Shown here: piece by piece, positions 28,301 through 36,415 of the stretch | Layout of the letters: each line of letters begins with the position of its first letter | Position numbering within the stretch: position 1 is the stretch's first letter | From: an uncultured Acidobacteriota bacterium | GTDB lineage: Bacteria; Acidobacteriota; Blastocatellia; RBC074 | DNA length: 64,000 nt | Direction: 5' to 3' | Assembly: GCA_963699175.1 (NCBI GenBank) | Contig: OY969418.1 | Span: forward strand, 7,325,352 to 7,389,351 | Notes under the pieces: generated by a model | Told to the model about the DNA's origin: nothing | The model's database searches: none | What the model saw: the letters and a program-made list of their open reading frames with translations, nothing else | Translations under genes and position numbers: made by a program

Positions 28301-30703
28301 AACTTCACGCTGCCGACCGCGACCGACGCAGTCTCCGGGCCGCGTCAAGTCACGGCCTCGCCGCCCTCCGGCTCGACCTTCCCGGTCGGCGCGACCACTG
28401 TGACCTTTTCGGCCAGTGACACCGCAGGCAACACGCGCACGGCGACGATTACGGTCACGATCACCTGCGTCGGCACTGGCTGCACAGGTGGCGGGCCTAA
28501 CCCGAACGCGATGGCTTTCACCATCTCAGCCTTCGCCGGCAACGGCAACTTCGGCGTAAGCGGCGACAACGGCACGGCGAACGCGGCAACTTTGAAAGAG
28601 CCGCGCGGCATAGCGATGGATGGCGCGAATAACGTCTACATCGCCGACCAGGAAGCGCACACCATCCGCCGCGTCAATGCGCAGGGCATCATCAGCCTCT
28701 TCGCGGGCAACGGCCAGAAAGGCTTCTCGGGCGACAGCGGCGCGGCGGCAAACGCGCGCTTCAACAATCCGACCGGTCTCGTCGTAGATGTGACGCGCAA
28801 CCTGCTCTACGTCGCCGACACCTGGAATCACCGCATCCGCCGGATTGATCTGGCCAACAACACGATCACGACGCTGGCCGGGAATGGCACGGCTGGCTTG
28901 GGCAGCGATGGCGCGGCAGGCAGCACGCCACTCAACTATCCGTCCGCCGTCGCGGTGGATGGCGCGGGTGTCGTCTACGTCGCCGACACCGGCAACAATC
29001 GCGTCGTCAAGATCAGCAGCAACACGCTCACAACCGTCGCGGGCAATGGCCAAGTCGGCAGCAGCGGCGACGGCGGCGCGCCCTTGCAAGCCAAGCTCAA
29101 TCATCCAACTGGCGTAGCCGTGACGACTGATGGCGCGACAATCTTCGTAGTGGATCGCGGTAACAATCGCGTGCGTAAGATTACTGCCAGCGCCATCACC
29201 AACTTTGCGGGCAATGGCACTGCTGCGAGCAGCGGTGACAACGGCCAGGCAACTGCCGCCAGTTTGAACGCGCCGACCGACGTAGCGGTGGATGGCTCCG
29301 GCAACGTCTTCATCACCGATACGGACGGCGAGCGCATCCGCAAGGTCAGCGCGAGCGACAACGTCATTATGACCATCGCGGGCAACGGCACGGCAGGCAA
29401 CGGCGGCGACGATGGCCCGGCGACCAGCGCCACGCTCAACACGCCGACGGCGCTCGTGCGCAACAGTTCGACCGGTGTGATCTTCTTCTGCGACACCGGC
29501 AATCTGCGCGTGCGCCGCTTGCTGCCAGTCGGGCCGACCAATCACACGCCGGTGCCCGATCAAGTGGCGAACATCCAGTTGACCAAGTCGCAGCAACTCA
29601 ATATCGGGCTATCGGCGACTGATTCTGATGGTGATCCGGTCACGTTCACGCTCGTGCCTGCGCTCTCCTTTGTCACGGTCACGAATGCGAACCCTGCCGC
29701 ACGCACGGCGACGCTCTTCATCAATCCGGCGGGCGGCAACGCGGGCGTCTACACCGTACGTGTGCAAGCCGCTGACAACAAAGGCGGCACTGGCCAGACG
29801 CCCGAATTCACCATTACCGTCACTGACCCGAGCGGCCCGACCAACAATCCGCCCACTGCAGTGATGAACATCTTGCCCTCGGTCATAACTGCTCCGAACG
29901 GCCAACAAACCGCTACTGTCAATCTCAACGGCACCAGTTCATCTGACCCGGACGGTGATCCGCTCACCTACGCCTGGTTTGATGGCGCAGCGGCGATTGC
30001 GACTGGGGCAACGGCGACCGTGCAGCTTGGGCCAGGCCCGCATGCAATCAAGCTGGTCGTGACTGACAGCAAGAATGCGACCGGCGCCAGCCCGACGCAA
30101 AACATCACAGTGCAGCTTGCCCAGGCTGGCAATAATCCTCCGACGGCGGTAATCAAGAATCTGCAAGCTTCGTATACGGCCACGAATGGTGCAAACGTAG
30201 TGGTCACGCTTGACGGTTCGGATTCGATGGATCCCGATGGCGATCCACTGTCCTTCAAGTGGTTCGATAACGGCACGGAGATAGCTAACGGTGTAACCCC
30301 GGCTGTCACGTTGGCGCTCGGCCAACACAGCATCAAGGTCCTTGTGAGTGATGATAAGGGCGCGAGTGCTGAGAGTGCATCGCAGACGGTCACAGTTACA
30401 GCTTCGCAGGGCGGGTCTGAACTGGACATCACCACCGTCTCGCCTGATTCCGGCAGGCGTGGTCAAACACTTACAATCACCGTGAATGGTCAAGGCTTCG
30501 TCCAGGGGTGTTCGGTCAGAATTTTCAAGGGCGGACTCCCAAGCCAGGTTGGCATCACGACCACGACTACCTTTATTTCGAGCACGCAACTGTCGGTGAA
30601 GGTGGTCATTTCGGAGCAAGCACAGGTAGGCGCGCGCATCGTCAGTGTCACCAATCCCGGTGGAGCAATGGTGCAGGCGAACGCTTTCTCGGTTTTGCAG
30701 TAG
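25310..30703 (+). CDS. giant (about 1800 aa) cell-surface protein with NHL repeats, HYR, PKD/Ig-like and IPT/TIG domains
   Basis: Start at MKNSRQ with GGGAG SD. N-terminal TM. More than 20 NHL-type repeats (YIADTGNHRIRKI-like). HYR-like segment (TTAPVFSNLP...ATITVTI). DPDGDPL PKD-like units. C-terminal IPT (ITTVSPDSGRRGQTLTITVNGQGF). Confidence 0.85.
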   Translation: MKNSRQAAQWSVRNKFQQLFRRFKQRPLQWGVWGALVLVGAAWLGNAAWQHVAAQQVQFNINTVVGSSTTSGLVADLKNARGVAAASATVFYIADTGNHVVRRVDTTTNSVTVVAGQVGLAATDPLLANGDGGAATSARLREPYDVAVDVSGDLYISDTGTHKIRKVTLGSQPGNPIISTIAGNGNPGLDTAIAGASFSDPRGLTYSSAGSGTLYVADSANHRVVALTGLATPTPILQLIAGNGSPGSDGDTGPAAVAFLNGPRGVAIDATNRVFIADTGNNKVRVVTTISGNSTIDTYAGTGTPGFDQDGNMANTSQLNAPYDVVVDGANVYISDNANNRIRRVDGAGFISTVAGRNGSGFSGDGTPATNFTLSFPSGMVFVSNSVVFMDTGNRRLRRVAGTSLTTIVSDGSGGFAGENVAATQARLDGPSAITVDTQGNWYIADTNNQVIRKVNASDGKINTIAGMPGVASTDPVAANGDGGQANMATFKSPSGVAVDATGNIFVADTGNKRIRRIDRNTNIITTVMGVVGNALIGFAGIPALLEPIGVVVDSQNNLYVSDASQHIVIAQSGAVTPTKVFIAGKANMPGASGDGGNAENARLNRPTGIALAGGILYVADTNNHRIRKIENINGIFQISSLVPKSAGTIQIVPRPGFEGDGGNADFAKLNSPTGVAVDSAGALYISDRGNNRIRRVAPGTDPLSGNPANIITTVIGNGEVGFSGDGGPAIAAALGLPLNIGVTSTGEILVADTGNNRIRRAVQPPNVKPTLTHPGNKNTTEGQALGFTLQGSDSNAGQTLTYAMNFTPALSPSTPAEKVPTLNAATGAFSWTPAADVASSGTPSVQFQFTFTVTDNGSPTLTSDPVTITITVNNTNGAPIVNAGTIPTTLEATAANGAQLQLNGTATDPDGDTPLAIIWTDTRPGQSAVQIANQLSPTVTLALGQHSLVLTASDGKGGTASTPAKALTVQDTTAPVFSNLPSNINDTITSGNSKVVNFTLPTATDAVSGPRQVTASPPSGSTFPVGATTVTFSASDTAGNTRTATITVTITCVGTGCTGGGPNPNAMAFTISAFAGNGNFGVSGDNGTANAATLKEPRGIAMDGANNVYIADQEAHTIRRVNAQGIISLFAGNGQKGFSGDSGAAANARFNNPTGLVVDVTRNLLYVADTWNHRIRRIDLANNTITTLAGNGTAGLGSDGAAGSTPLNYPSAVAVDGAGVVYVADTGNNRVVKISSNTLTTVAGNGQVGSSGDGGAPLQAKLNHPTGVAVTTDGATIFVVDRGNNRVRKITASAITNFAGNGTAASSGDNGQATAASLNAPTDVAVDGSGNVFITDTDGERIRKVSASDNVIMTIAGNGTAGNGGDDGPATSATLNTPTALVRNSSTGVIFFCDTGNLRVRRLLPVGPTNHTPVPDQVANIQLTKSQQLNIGLSATDSDGDPVTFTLVPALSFVTVTNANPAARTATLFINPAGGNAGVYTVRVQAADNKGGTGQTPEFTITVTDPSGPTNNPPTAVMNILPSVITAPNGQQTATVNLNGTSSSDPDGDPLTYAWFDGAAAIATGATATVQLGPGPHAIKLVVTDSKNATGASPTQNITVQLAQAGNNPPTAVIKNLQASYTATNGANVVVTLDGSDSMDPDGDPLSFKWFDNGTEIANGVTPAVTLALGQHSIKVLVSDDKGASAESASQTVTVTASQGGSELDITTVSPDSGRRGQTLTITVNGQGFVQGCSVRIFKGGLPSQVGITTTTTFISSTQLSVKVVISEQAQVGARIVSVTNPGGAMVQANAFSVLQ

Positions 30704-30733
30704 GCTGAATCGAAGCAGTCAAGCGTGGACATT

Positions 30734-30833
30734 CGCCCGAACGCAGGCCTCTCGCGTGCCAGGAGTCGGAGAGTTGCACTTGCCGGTCAACTCGTTCCGC
30801 TCTCAAGCACGCGGGAGGCCTGCGTTCGGGCGA
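30734..30833. repeat. about 25-bp near-perfect inverted repeat just downstream of the giant gene
   Basis: CGCCCGAACGCAGGCCTCTCGCGTGC ... GCACGCGGGAGGCCTGCGTTCGGGCG (one bulge). Confidence 0.5.
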
Positions 30834-31089
30834 CTCCACGGTGTAAATTTACGCGCACCTTTCAAACATACAAGACTCAGCCTGTGTGCCTGTGATACTT
30901 CATCACACTGCAACGCCAGCCCAGAATGTTGGATGCCCTCTGCGAGAAAGCTGCGCGTTGTATCACTGGTAGTACTCGCCCCCCCCGCTGACAGGTGCGG
31001 TAAGCTGTCGGCCACAACGCGACCAATCCCCGAAGACACAAGCGCAACCAAACAAATCGTCTCGCCGGCCCCGCGACTACAATTGGCCT

Positions 31090-31431
31090 ATGGTAGCAGG
31101 CGTCAGGCTCCCTCACTGGCTCGCCCAGGCGCGCCACATCCTTGACCGGGATTTTCGCGACCGTCTCACCACCACGCAGATCGCGCGAGTGGTGGGCGTG
31201 CACCCGGTCTATCTGGCACAAGTTTTCCGGCAGAATTTCGGCGTCGGCGTGATTGAATATCTGGCGCAACAGCGCGTGGCCTTTGCCAGCCGCGAATTGC
31301 GCGAGACGGCGGCTTCGATTGCCGAGATTGCGTCAGCCGCAGGCTTTTACGATCAAGGGCATTTCGCACGCACATTCAAACGCCTGACTGGCTTGACGCC
31401 CAGCGAATATCGTCGCCGTAACGGCGGCTGA
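31090..31431 (+). pseudogene. AraC-family HTH domain only (N-terminal sensor domain absent); probable gene remnant
   Basis: 113 aa ORF containing only the two AraC HTH units (TTTQIARVVGVHPVYLAQVF...ETAASIAEIASAAGFYDQGHFARTFKRLTGLTPSEYR). No in-frame upstream domain. Confidence 0.45.
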
Positions 31432-31496
31432 AGGAATTGAGCGAGTTACTTCGGTCCCACACACTACACACTTCAGGCTGTGAGATTGCCCAAGCA

Positions 31497-32225
31497 CTAG
31501 CGTGATTCGGTGCTGAGCGGTATCACAGCCTGCTTTTTTTTCTCCTCTGCGCTGTAGCGTGCGCGCGCGCCAAAGTAGAAATGTTTGAAGTACCCGTACA
31601 TTGACCAGCAGGACGAGATCACAACCAGCCACAACATTCCGCGCCCCAAGCCGTACAAGATCATCTGCAAATCGCGGAACCTGAATGCGCCGTGTCCGCT
31701 CAAGTGATTCAGCGCCACGCTCATCTCCGGCACCGTCCAAAACGCGAAGACTGGGAAGGCTCTAGTGGTGGTCGGCGGCCCGCCTTTGACCGAGGAGAAG
31801 ATCAGCAACGCCACGGTGACGACTTGCGAAAACATCTTGATCTTGCCCGCCTTGGACGCTGGAATGATCAAACCTTCGGTCGCAGCCACTGAGCGCAAGC
31901 CCGTCACAGCAAACTCGCGTCCCACGATAATCACCACCGCCCATGCTGGCGCGAGCTGATTTTCAACCAGCGAGATGAAGGCCGACGAGATCAACAGCTT
32001 GTCCGCAATCGGATCGAGCAAGGTGCCGAAGCGCGAGACCTGCCCGCGCCGCCGCGCCAGCCAGCCGTCGAGCGCATCCGTACAGGCCGCAAATAGAAAT
32101 AACGCCACACCCGCGATGTGTTGTGGCAAGCCAACGTAGTCTTCGGAAAAGCGCGTCAGTAGCACCACCACCAACAACGGCACGATAAAAATACGTAGAA
32201 GTGTGAGCAGGTTCGGGAGGTTCAT
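31497..32225 (-). CDS. pgsA: CDP-alcohol phosphatidyltransferase (PgsA-like) with extra C-terminal TM extension
   Basis: Start at MNLPNLLTLLRIFIVP. DALDGWLARR...GTLLDPIADK motif (D-G-x2-A-R-x8-G-x3-D-x3-D). Confidence 0.8.
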   Translation of the reverse strand: MNLPNLLTLLRIFIVPLLVVVLLTRFSEDYVGLPQHIAGVALFLFAACTDALDGWLARRRGQVSRFGTLLDPIADKLLISSAFISLVENQLAPAWAVVIIVGREFAVTGLRSVAATEGLIIPASKAGKIKMFSQVVTVALLIFSSVKGGPPTTTRAFPVFAFWTVPEMSVALNHLSGHGAFRFRDLQMILYGLGRGMLWLVVISSCWSMYGYFKHFYFGARARYSAEEKKKQAVIPLSTESR

Positions 32226-32312
32226 GAGCAATTGATAGTTGATGATTGCCAGTTGACAGTTAATTGTTGGGTTTGACCAAACTATCAACTATCAATTGTC
32301 AACTATCAACTA
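32226..32312. repeat. TCAACTATCAA direct/inverted repeat cluster between nadE and pgsA
   Basis: CAATTGATAGTTGA ... TCAACTATCAATTGTCAACTATCAACTA read directly. Confidence 0.5.
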
Positions 32313-34031
32313 CCCTCGGAACTTGTTCGTCAGCGGCATACGCCGGTCACGCCCAAAAGCGCGCGGCGAGATGCGCACGCCGGGCGCGGCCTGACGACGT
32401 TTATATTCGTTGATGTCTACCAGCCGCGCAATGCGGCGCACTGTCGCCTCGTCAAAGCCTGCGGCGATGATCGCGTCTAGACTCAAATCCTCTTCGACGT
32501 AAAGTTCCAGGATCGCGTCGAGCACCTCATACGGGGGCAGGGAATCGCTGTCCTGCTGGTTCTCACGCAATTCGGCAGAGGGCGCACGCGTGATGATGTA
32601 TTCGGGAATAACGGGATTGCCATTGCGTTGATTGAGCCAATTGCACAACTCGTAAACCAACATCTTCGGCACATCTTTGATGACCGCGTAGCCGCCGCAC
32701 ATATCGCCGTAGAGCGTGCAATAACCGACGGCCATCTCGCTCTTGTTGCCGGTCGAGAGCACCAGCGCGCCGAACTTGTTGGAGAGCGCCATCAGGATGT
32801 TGCCACGAATGCGCGCCTGAATGTTCTCTTCGGCCACACCCAGCGGCGTACCGGCGAAAACCGGCGCGAGCATTCCCAGATATTGGTTGAACGTCTCTTC
32901 AATCGGCACGATGTGATAATTGACGCCCAGATTGTTGGCAAGCTGTTCGGCATCGCGCGCGCTTTCATCCGATGAATAGCGCGTCGGCATAAAAACACAG
33001 GTCACATTCTCCGCGCCCAACGCATCCGTCGCCACACACGCGACCAGCGCCGAATCAATCCCGCCCGAGAGACCGATCACCACTGATTTGAAACCGTTCT
33101 TGCACACGTAATCCTGCGTGCCGAGCACCAGTGCGTGATAGACCTCTTCGGCTTTGCCAGGCGGCTCGGCCAATGGTGGCTGAACTTTTTCGGTCTTCTT
33201 CGTAAATAGCTTATCGCGCAAGCTGACTGGCTCACGCTGTTGGACAAACAGCCGATCCTGCCGCGCGCGCGGGTCGTGCAGGCGCTCGTTGAAGACGCAG
33301 TCGGCGTTTATATCCACCACCAGGAAGTCTTCCTCAAACGCCTTGCCACGCGCCATCAAGTTGCCGCGTTCATCTATAACCAAACTCTGCCCATCGAAAA
33401 CCAATTCATCCTGACCGCCGACCAAGTTGACGTAGGCCAGCACCACCGCATTGTCTTCGGCGCGCGTCGCTAGCATCCGTTCGCGCCCACTGCCCTTGCG
33501 CGCGTGGTAAGGCGAAGCCGAGATGTTGATGATGAGCTGCGCCCCAGCCAGCGCCTGCTCCTGCGTCGGCCCGCCCGGATACCAGATGTCTTCGCAGATA
33601 TTCACGCCGAATGGTACGTCGCCGAGTTTGAAGATCGGCGCAGTCTGCCCGGCATCGAAATAACGAAACTCATCAAACACCGCATAGTTGGGCAAGAACT
33701 GTTTGTGATAAACGCCCTTCAACTCGCCATCGCAGATGATGGCCGCCGCGTTGTGAATGTCGGCGGTCTTGTCCACAAAGCCGACAATCGCGACGATGCC
33801 GGTTGAAGCGACAATGATCTCGTCCAGCGCTTTCAGATTGGCTGCGACGAACTGCGGTTTGAGCAGCAGGTCTTCGGGCGGATAGCCGGGCAGAGCGAGT
33901 TCGGGGAAGGCGACGAGATCAGCTCCGGCGGCGCGGGCGCGTTCAATGTGGGAGATGATTTTGACGGTGTTGTCGGTGAAGGCGCCGACGGTGGTATTGA
34001 TTTGTGCGAGGGCGATGCGGATGGTGCTCAT
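32310..34031 (-). CDS. nadE: glutamine-dependent NAD+ synthetase
   Basis: 573 aa. N-terminal CN-hydrolase domain plus C-terminal NAD synthetase domain (SGGIDS PP-loop). Confidence 0.95.
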   Translation of the reverse strand: MSTIRIALAQINTTVGAFTDNTVKIISHIERARAAGADLVAFPELALPGYPPEDLLLKPQFVAANLKALDEIIVASTGIVAIVGFVDKTADIHNAAAIICDGELKGVYHKQFLPNYAVFDEFRYFDAGQTAPIFKLGDVPFGVNICEDIWYPGGPTQEQALAGAQLIINISASPYHARKGSGRERMLATRAEDNAVVLAYVNLVGGQDELVFDGQSLVIDERGNLMARGKAFEEDFLVVDINADCVFNERLHDPRARQDRLFVQQREPVSLRDKLFTKKTEKVQPPLAEPPGKAEEVYHALVLGTQDYVCKNGFKSVVIGLSGGIDSALVACVATDALGAENVTCVFMPTRYSSDESARDAEQLANNLGVNYHIVPIEETFNQYLGMLAPVFAGTPLGVAEENIQARIRGNILMALSNKFGALVLSTGNKSEMAVGYCTLYGDMCGGYAVIKDVPKMLVYELCNWLNQRNGNPVIPEYIITRAPSAELRENQQDSDSLPPYEVLDAILELYVEEDLSLDAIIAAGFDEATVRRIARLVDINEYKRRQAAPGVRISPRAFGRDRRMPLTNKFRG

Positions 34032-34067
34032 ACAGGCCTGGGGTGATTATAGATAAATACCAGCCGC

Positions 34068-34280
34068 TCACGCTACGGCGCGATGGCCCTTGGGTTGTGG
34101 AATAGGGCGGTTCAATTCCTGCGCTGTTTCGATCCACTCTTGGATCACTACTTCGAGGTTTGCCAGCGCCTCTTGTCGCGTTATCCCGTCAGCCATACAG
34201 CCGGGCAATTCCGGCGCTTCGGCAAGGAACGCCTGATCCTCTTCGCTCCAGTAAATGTTGACCTCATAGTTATTCGTCAT
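34068..34280 (-). CDS. hicB: HicB-family antitoxin
   Basis: Start at MTNNYEVNIYWSEEDQAFLAEAPELPGCMADGITRQEAL (UPF0150/HicB N-domain pattern). Overlaps hicA by 11 nt. Confidence 0.75.
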   Translation of the reverse strand: MTNNYEVNIYWSEEDQAFLAEAPELPGCMADGITRQEALANLEVVIQEWIETAQELNRPIPQPKGHRAVA

Positions 34281-34545
34281 CTTTCCCCTCGCTTTCTGCA
34301 TTTGCGAGTTGATAACTCACAATGATATGGCGGACTTGTTTGACTTGGTAGGATTTGGCCTGAGCGCCTTTGGGTTGGAGGTTAAGAATTTCAACGACGT
34401 CGTCACGAGTGAAGATGTGATGATCGCCACGAATTCGTTCGGTAAAGCCGAGGCTTTTCAGCAAGCCGCACAACTCATCGAATGGAATGTTAGCATCCGC
34501 AGTGCCGCGCAGTATTTTCAGCAACAGCTTGTAGCGGCGTCCCAT
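34270..34545 (-). CDS. hicA: HicA-family toxin (mRNA interferase)
   Basis: 91 aa. LKSLGFTERIRGDHHIF...QAKSYQVKQV matches the HicA/YcfA pattern. Confidence 0.8.
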   Translation of the reverse strand: MGRRYKLLLKILRGTADANIPFDELCGLLKSLGFTERIRGDHHIFTRDDVVEILNLQPKGAQAKSYQVKQVRHIIVSYQLANAESEGKDDE

Positions 34546-34560
34546 AAGCTCAGTCTGTAA

Positions 34561-34725
34561 TCAATCGGGCCTTTCGTCGCTCAGCAACATTTGATAGGCG
34601 TCACGAATGTTGTCTTCCAACTCGGCTAGTGTCTCACCCTGACTGAAAACCCCAGGAACCTCTTTCAGCCGTCCTATATACCAGCCATCATCTTGCCAAT
34701 ATTCCAAAGTAAAGTGTCTCACCAT
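34561..34725 (-). CDS. second HicB-like (N-domain only) antitoxin-like protein, 54 aa
   Basis: Internal ATG with perfect SD AGGAGG. MVRHFTLEYWQDDGWYIGRLKEVPGVFSQGETLAELEDNIRDAY matches the HicB/UPF0150 fold pattern. Begins 17 nt after the BMC-P stop. Confidence 0.6.
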   Translation of the reverse strand: MVRHFTLEYWQDDGWYIGRLKEVPGVFSQGETLAELEDNIRDAYQMLLSDERPD

Positions 34726-34742
34726 AACTCCTCCTGCGAGAC

Positions 34743-35012
34743 TCAATCCGTCACTTCGACCGTATCAATAATCCCCACCACCGCCGCATCCACCGGACGA
34801 TCTTTCAACCCTTCGGCCAGGCGCGCGCTGCTGCCCGCCACAACCAGCACCTTTTCGCGAAAGCCCGCGCCGACAGTGTCAACCGCGACCAGATAGCTGC
34901 TCTCATCCTCGCCAGTCAGCGTGATGGGACGCACGAGCAGGAGCTTCTTGCCTTCCAAGCGCGGGTCTTTGCGCGTGGCGACGACATTACCGATGATGCG
35001 ACCGATGATCAT
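34743..35012 (-). CDS. bacterial microcompartment vertex protein (BMC-P; EutN/CcmL/PduN family)
   Basis: Start at MIIGRIIGNVVATRKDPRLEGKKLLLV...VAVDTVGAG...VLVVAGSSAR...VDAAVVGIID, the canonical PF03319 pattern. Confidence 0.9.
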   Translation of the reverse strand: MIIGRIIGNVVATRKDPRLEGKKLLLVRPITLTGEDESSYLVAVDTVGAGFREKVLVVAGSSARLAEGLKDRPVDAAVVGIIDTVEVTD

Positions 35013-35087
35013 AAATTTCGAGTAGACAGTAGACAGTAGAAAGAGGTTCAACCTGTCTACAGCCTCCTGTCTCCTGTCTACGATTTC
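35013..35087. repeat. intercistronic GTAGACAG direct/inverted repeat element between BMC-H and BMC-P
   Basis: GAGTAGACAGTAGACAGTAG ... CTGTCTACAGCCTCCTGTCTCCTGTCTAC, same unit family as at 41527..41612. Confidence 0.6.
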
Positions 35088-35375
35088 TTATTTCTTCCGT
35101 GATTCAACGGCGACCGGCAACGCTTCGTCTACCGAGGCGTGCGGGCGCGGGATGACGTGGACGCTGACGAGTTCGCCCACGCGGCGCGCAGCGGCAGCGC
35201 CTGCGTCGGTGGCGGCTTTCACGGCGGCCACGTCGCCGCGCACGATGGCGGTCACAAAGCCGCCGCCGATCTTTTCATAGCCGACCAGCGTCACATTGGC
35301 CGCTTTGACCATCGCGTCCGAGGCTTCGATCATCGCGACCAAGCCTTTGGTTTCGATCATTCCGAGTGCTTCCAT
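35088..35375 (-). CDS. bacterial microcompartment shell hexamer protein (BMC-H; PduA/EutM/CcmK family)
   Basis: [79 protein letters not shown], canonical PF00936. SD AAAGGAA upstream. Confidence 0.95.
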   Translation of the reverse strand: MEALGMIETKGLVAMIEASDAMVKAANVTLVGYEKIGGGFVTAIVRGDVAAVKAATDAGAAAARRVGELVSVHVIPRPHASVDEALPVAVESRKK

Positions 35376-35390
35376 CTTTGGGTGTTCCTT

Positions 35391-35591
35391 TCAATCTGCT
35401 TCGTCTTTTTTGGCTTTGATGATTTCGTATCCCGTAACGACTTTGCGCCCGTCGGGATGCTCCGTCCAAATCCAGCGTATCTCTTCGTCTTCCTGCAAAA
35501 CGATGTTGTCCACCAGCGGCAAGGCAGCGGGCTGCCCCGTTTGTGGCGCAACGGCGATGCGGGTTTTCTCTTCTTTTGGCTCTGGTTTCAT
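35391..35591 (-). CDS. small hypothetical protein (66 aa) inside the BMC operon
   Basis: ORF track. 15-nt gap to BMC-H and 22-nt gap to the aldolase. No motif recognised. Confidence 0.45.
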   Translation of the reverse strand: MKPEPKEEKTRIAVAPQTGQPAALPLVDNIVLQEDEEIRWIWTEHPDGRKVVTGYEIIKAKKDEAD

Positions 35592-35613
35592 GCTCTGTTA
35601 CCTCCTCGGCAAT

Positions 35614-36399
35614 TTAACGGCTCAAGAGCCGGGCCATTTCAGTCAATAGCTGGATCAACTCCTCGCGCGTCAATGATACCGCCCCGTCGTTCAGCCGTCC
35701 CACTGCTCCGACGCCGCTGCCGCAAACCTGTCCGGTGCGTGCTTCAACGGGCATCACGCCGTTGCGTTCGCGAATCTCGAAGAGCTTCGGAATTGCATAA
35801 TCAGGAATCGTATTTTCGTTGCCCAGCGTGCGCGCAATGAAGCTGATCTTGCAGGTGTGTTCGAGCGTTTCCAGCTTGTTGAACGCCTTCTCCAACGTGT
35901 CGGCGTAAGCCACTGCGCCGTGATTCGCCATCAACAGCGCATCGTGATATTGCAGAAACGGCTCAATCGCATCGGTCAATTCGCGCGTCGAAGGTGTCCC
36001 GTAAGCCGCCAGTGGCACACAACCCAGCGTCAACACGACCTCGGACAAGATAGCTTTACTCAGCGACAAGCCCGCTACGGCGAAGCCCGTTGCGTGCGGC
36101 GGATGCGCGTGTACGACGGCGTGAATGTCAGGCCGCTGTTCATAAATCACGCGATGCATCGGCCATTCGGAAGAGACTGTATAGGCAGACGGCTCGAGCG
36201 CATTGCCAGCCAGATCAACTACACACATCATCTCCGGCTTCATCCAACCTTTGCTCACGCCCGACGGCGTCGCGATCAGGCGATTCTCGCCGACGCGCAC
36301 GCTGATATTGCCATCGCCTGCGACTAGCAGTCCACGGTCGTAACAGCGCGTGGCGATCTCGACAATCTCTACTTTGACTTTCTGCTCATCAACCATCAT
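35614..36399 (-). CDS. class II aldolase (FucA/RhaD family) with C-terminal encapsulation-peptide-like extension
   Basis: Start at MMVDEQ. GDGNISVR and VVHAHPPHATGFA metal-binding motifs. About 45-aa C-terminal tail: Gly/Ser-rich linker (GQVCGSGVGAVGRLNDGAVS) plus amphipathic helix LTREELIQLLTEMARLL. Confidence 0.85.
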   Translation of the reverse strand: MMVDEQKVKVEIVEIATRCYDRGLLVAGDGNISVRVGENRLIATPSGVSKGWMKPEMMCVVDLAGNALEPSAYTVSSEWPMHRVIYEQRPDIHAVVHAHPPHATGFAVAGLSLSKAILSEVVLTLGCVPLAAYGTPSTRELTDAIEPFLQYHDALLMANHGAVAYADTLEKAFNKLETLEHTCKISFIARTLGNENTIPDYAIPKLFEIRERNGVMPVEARTGQVCGSGVGAVGRLNDGAVSLTREELIQLLTEMARLLSR

Positions 36400-36415
36400 C
36401 AACCATCTGGCAATC

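Noticed and set aside
25196-29596. Several long minus-strand ORFs (25196..25975, 26018..26659, 26305..26934, 28526..29596, 29939..30619) inside the giant NHL gene
   Set aside because: Antisense to a CDS with clear repeated NHL/PKD motifs. Compositionally biased, with no motifs.
35391-35591. Calling the 66-aa ORF a known BMC accessory protein
   Set aside because: No recognisable motif (not BMC-H/P/T, no EP-like helix). Kept as hypothetical only.
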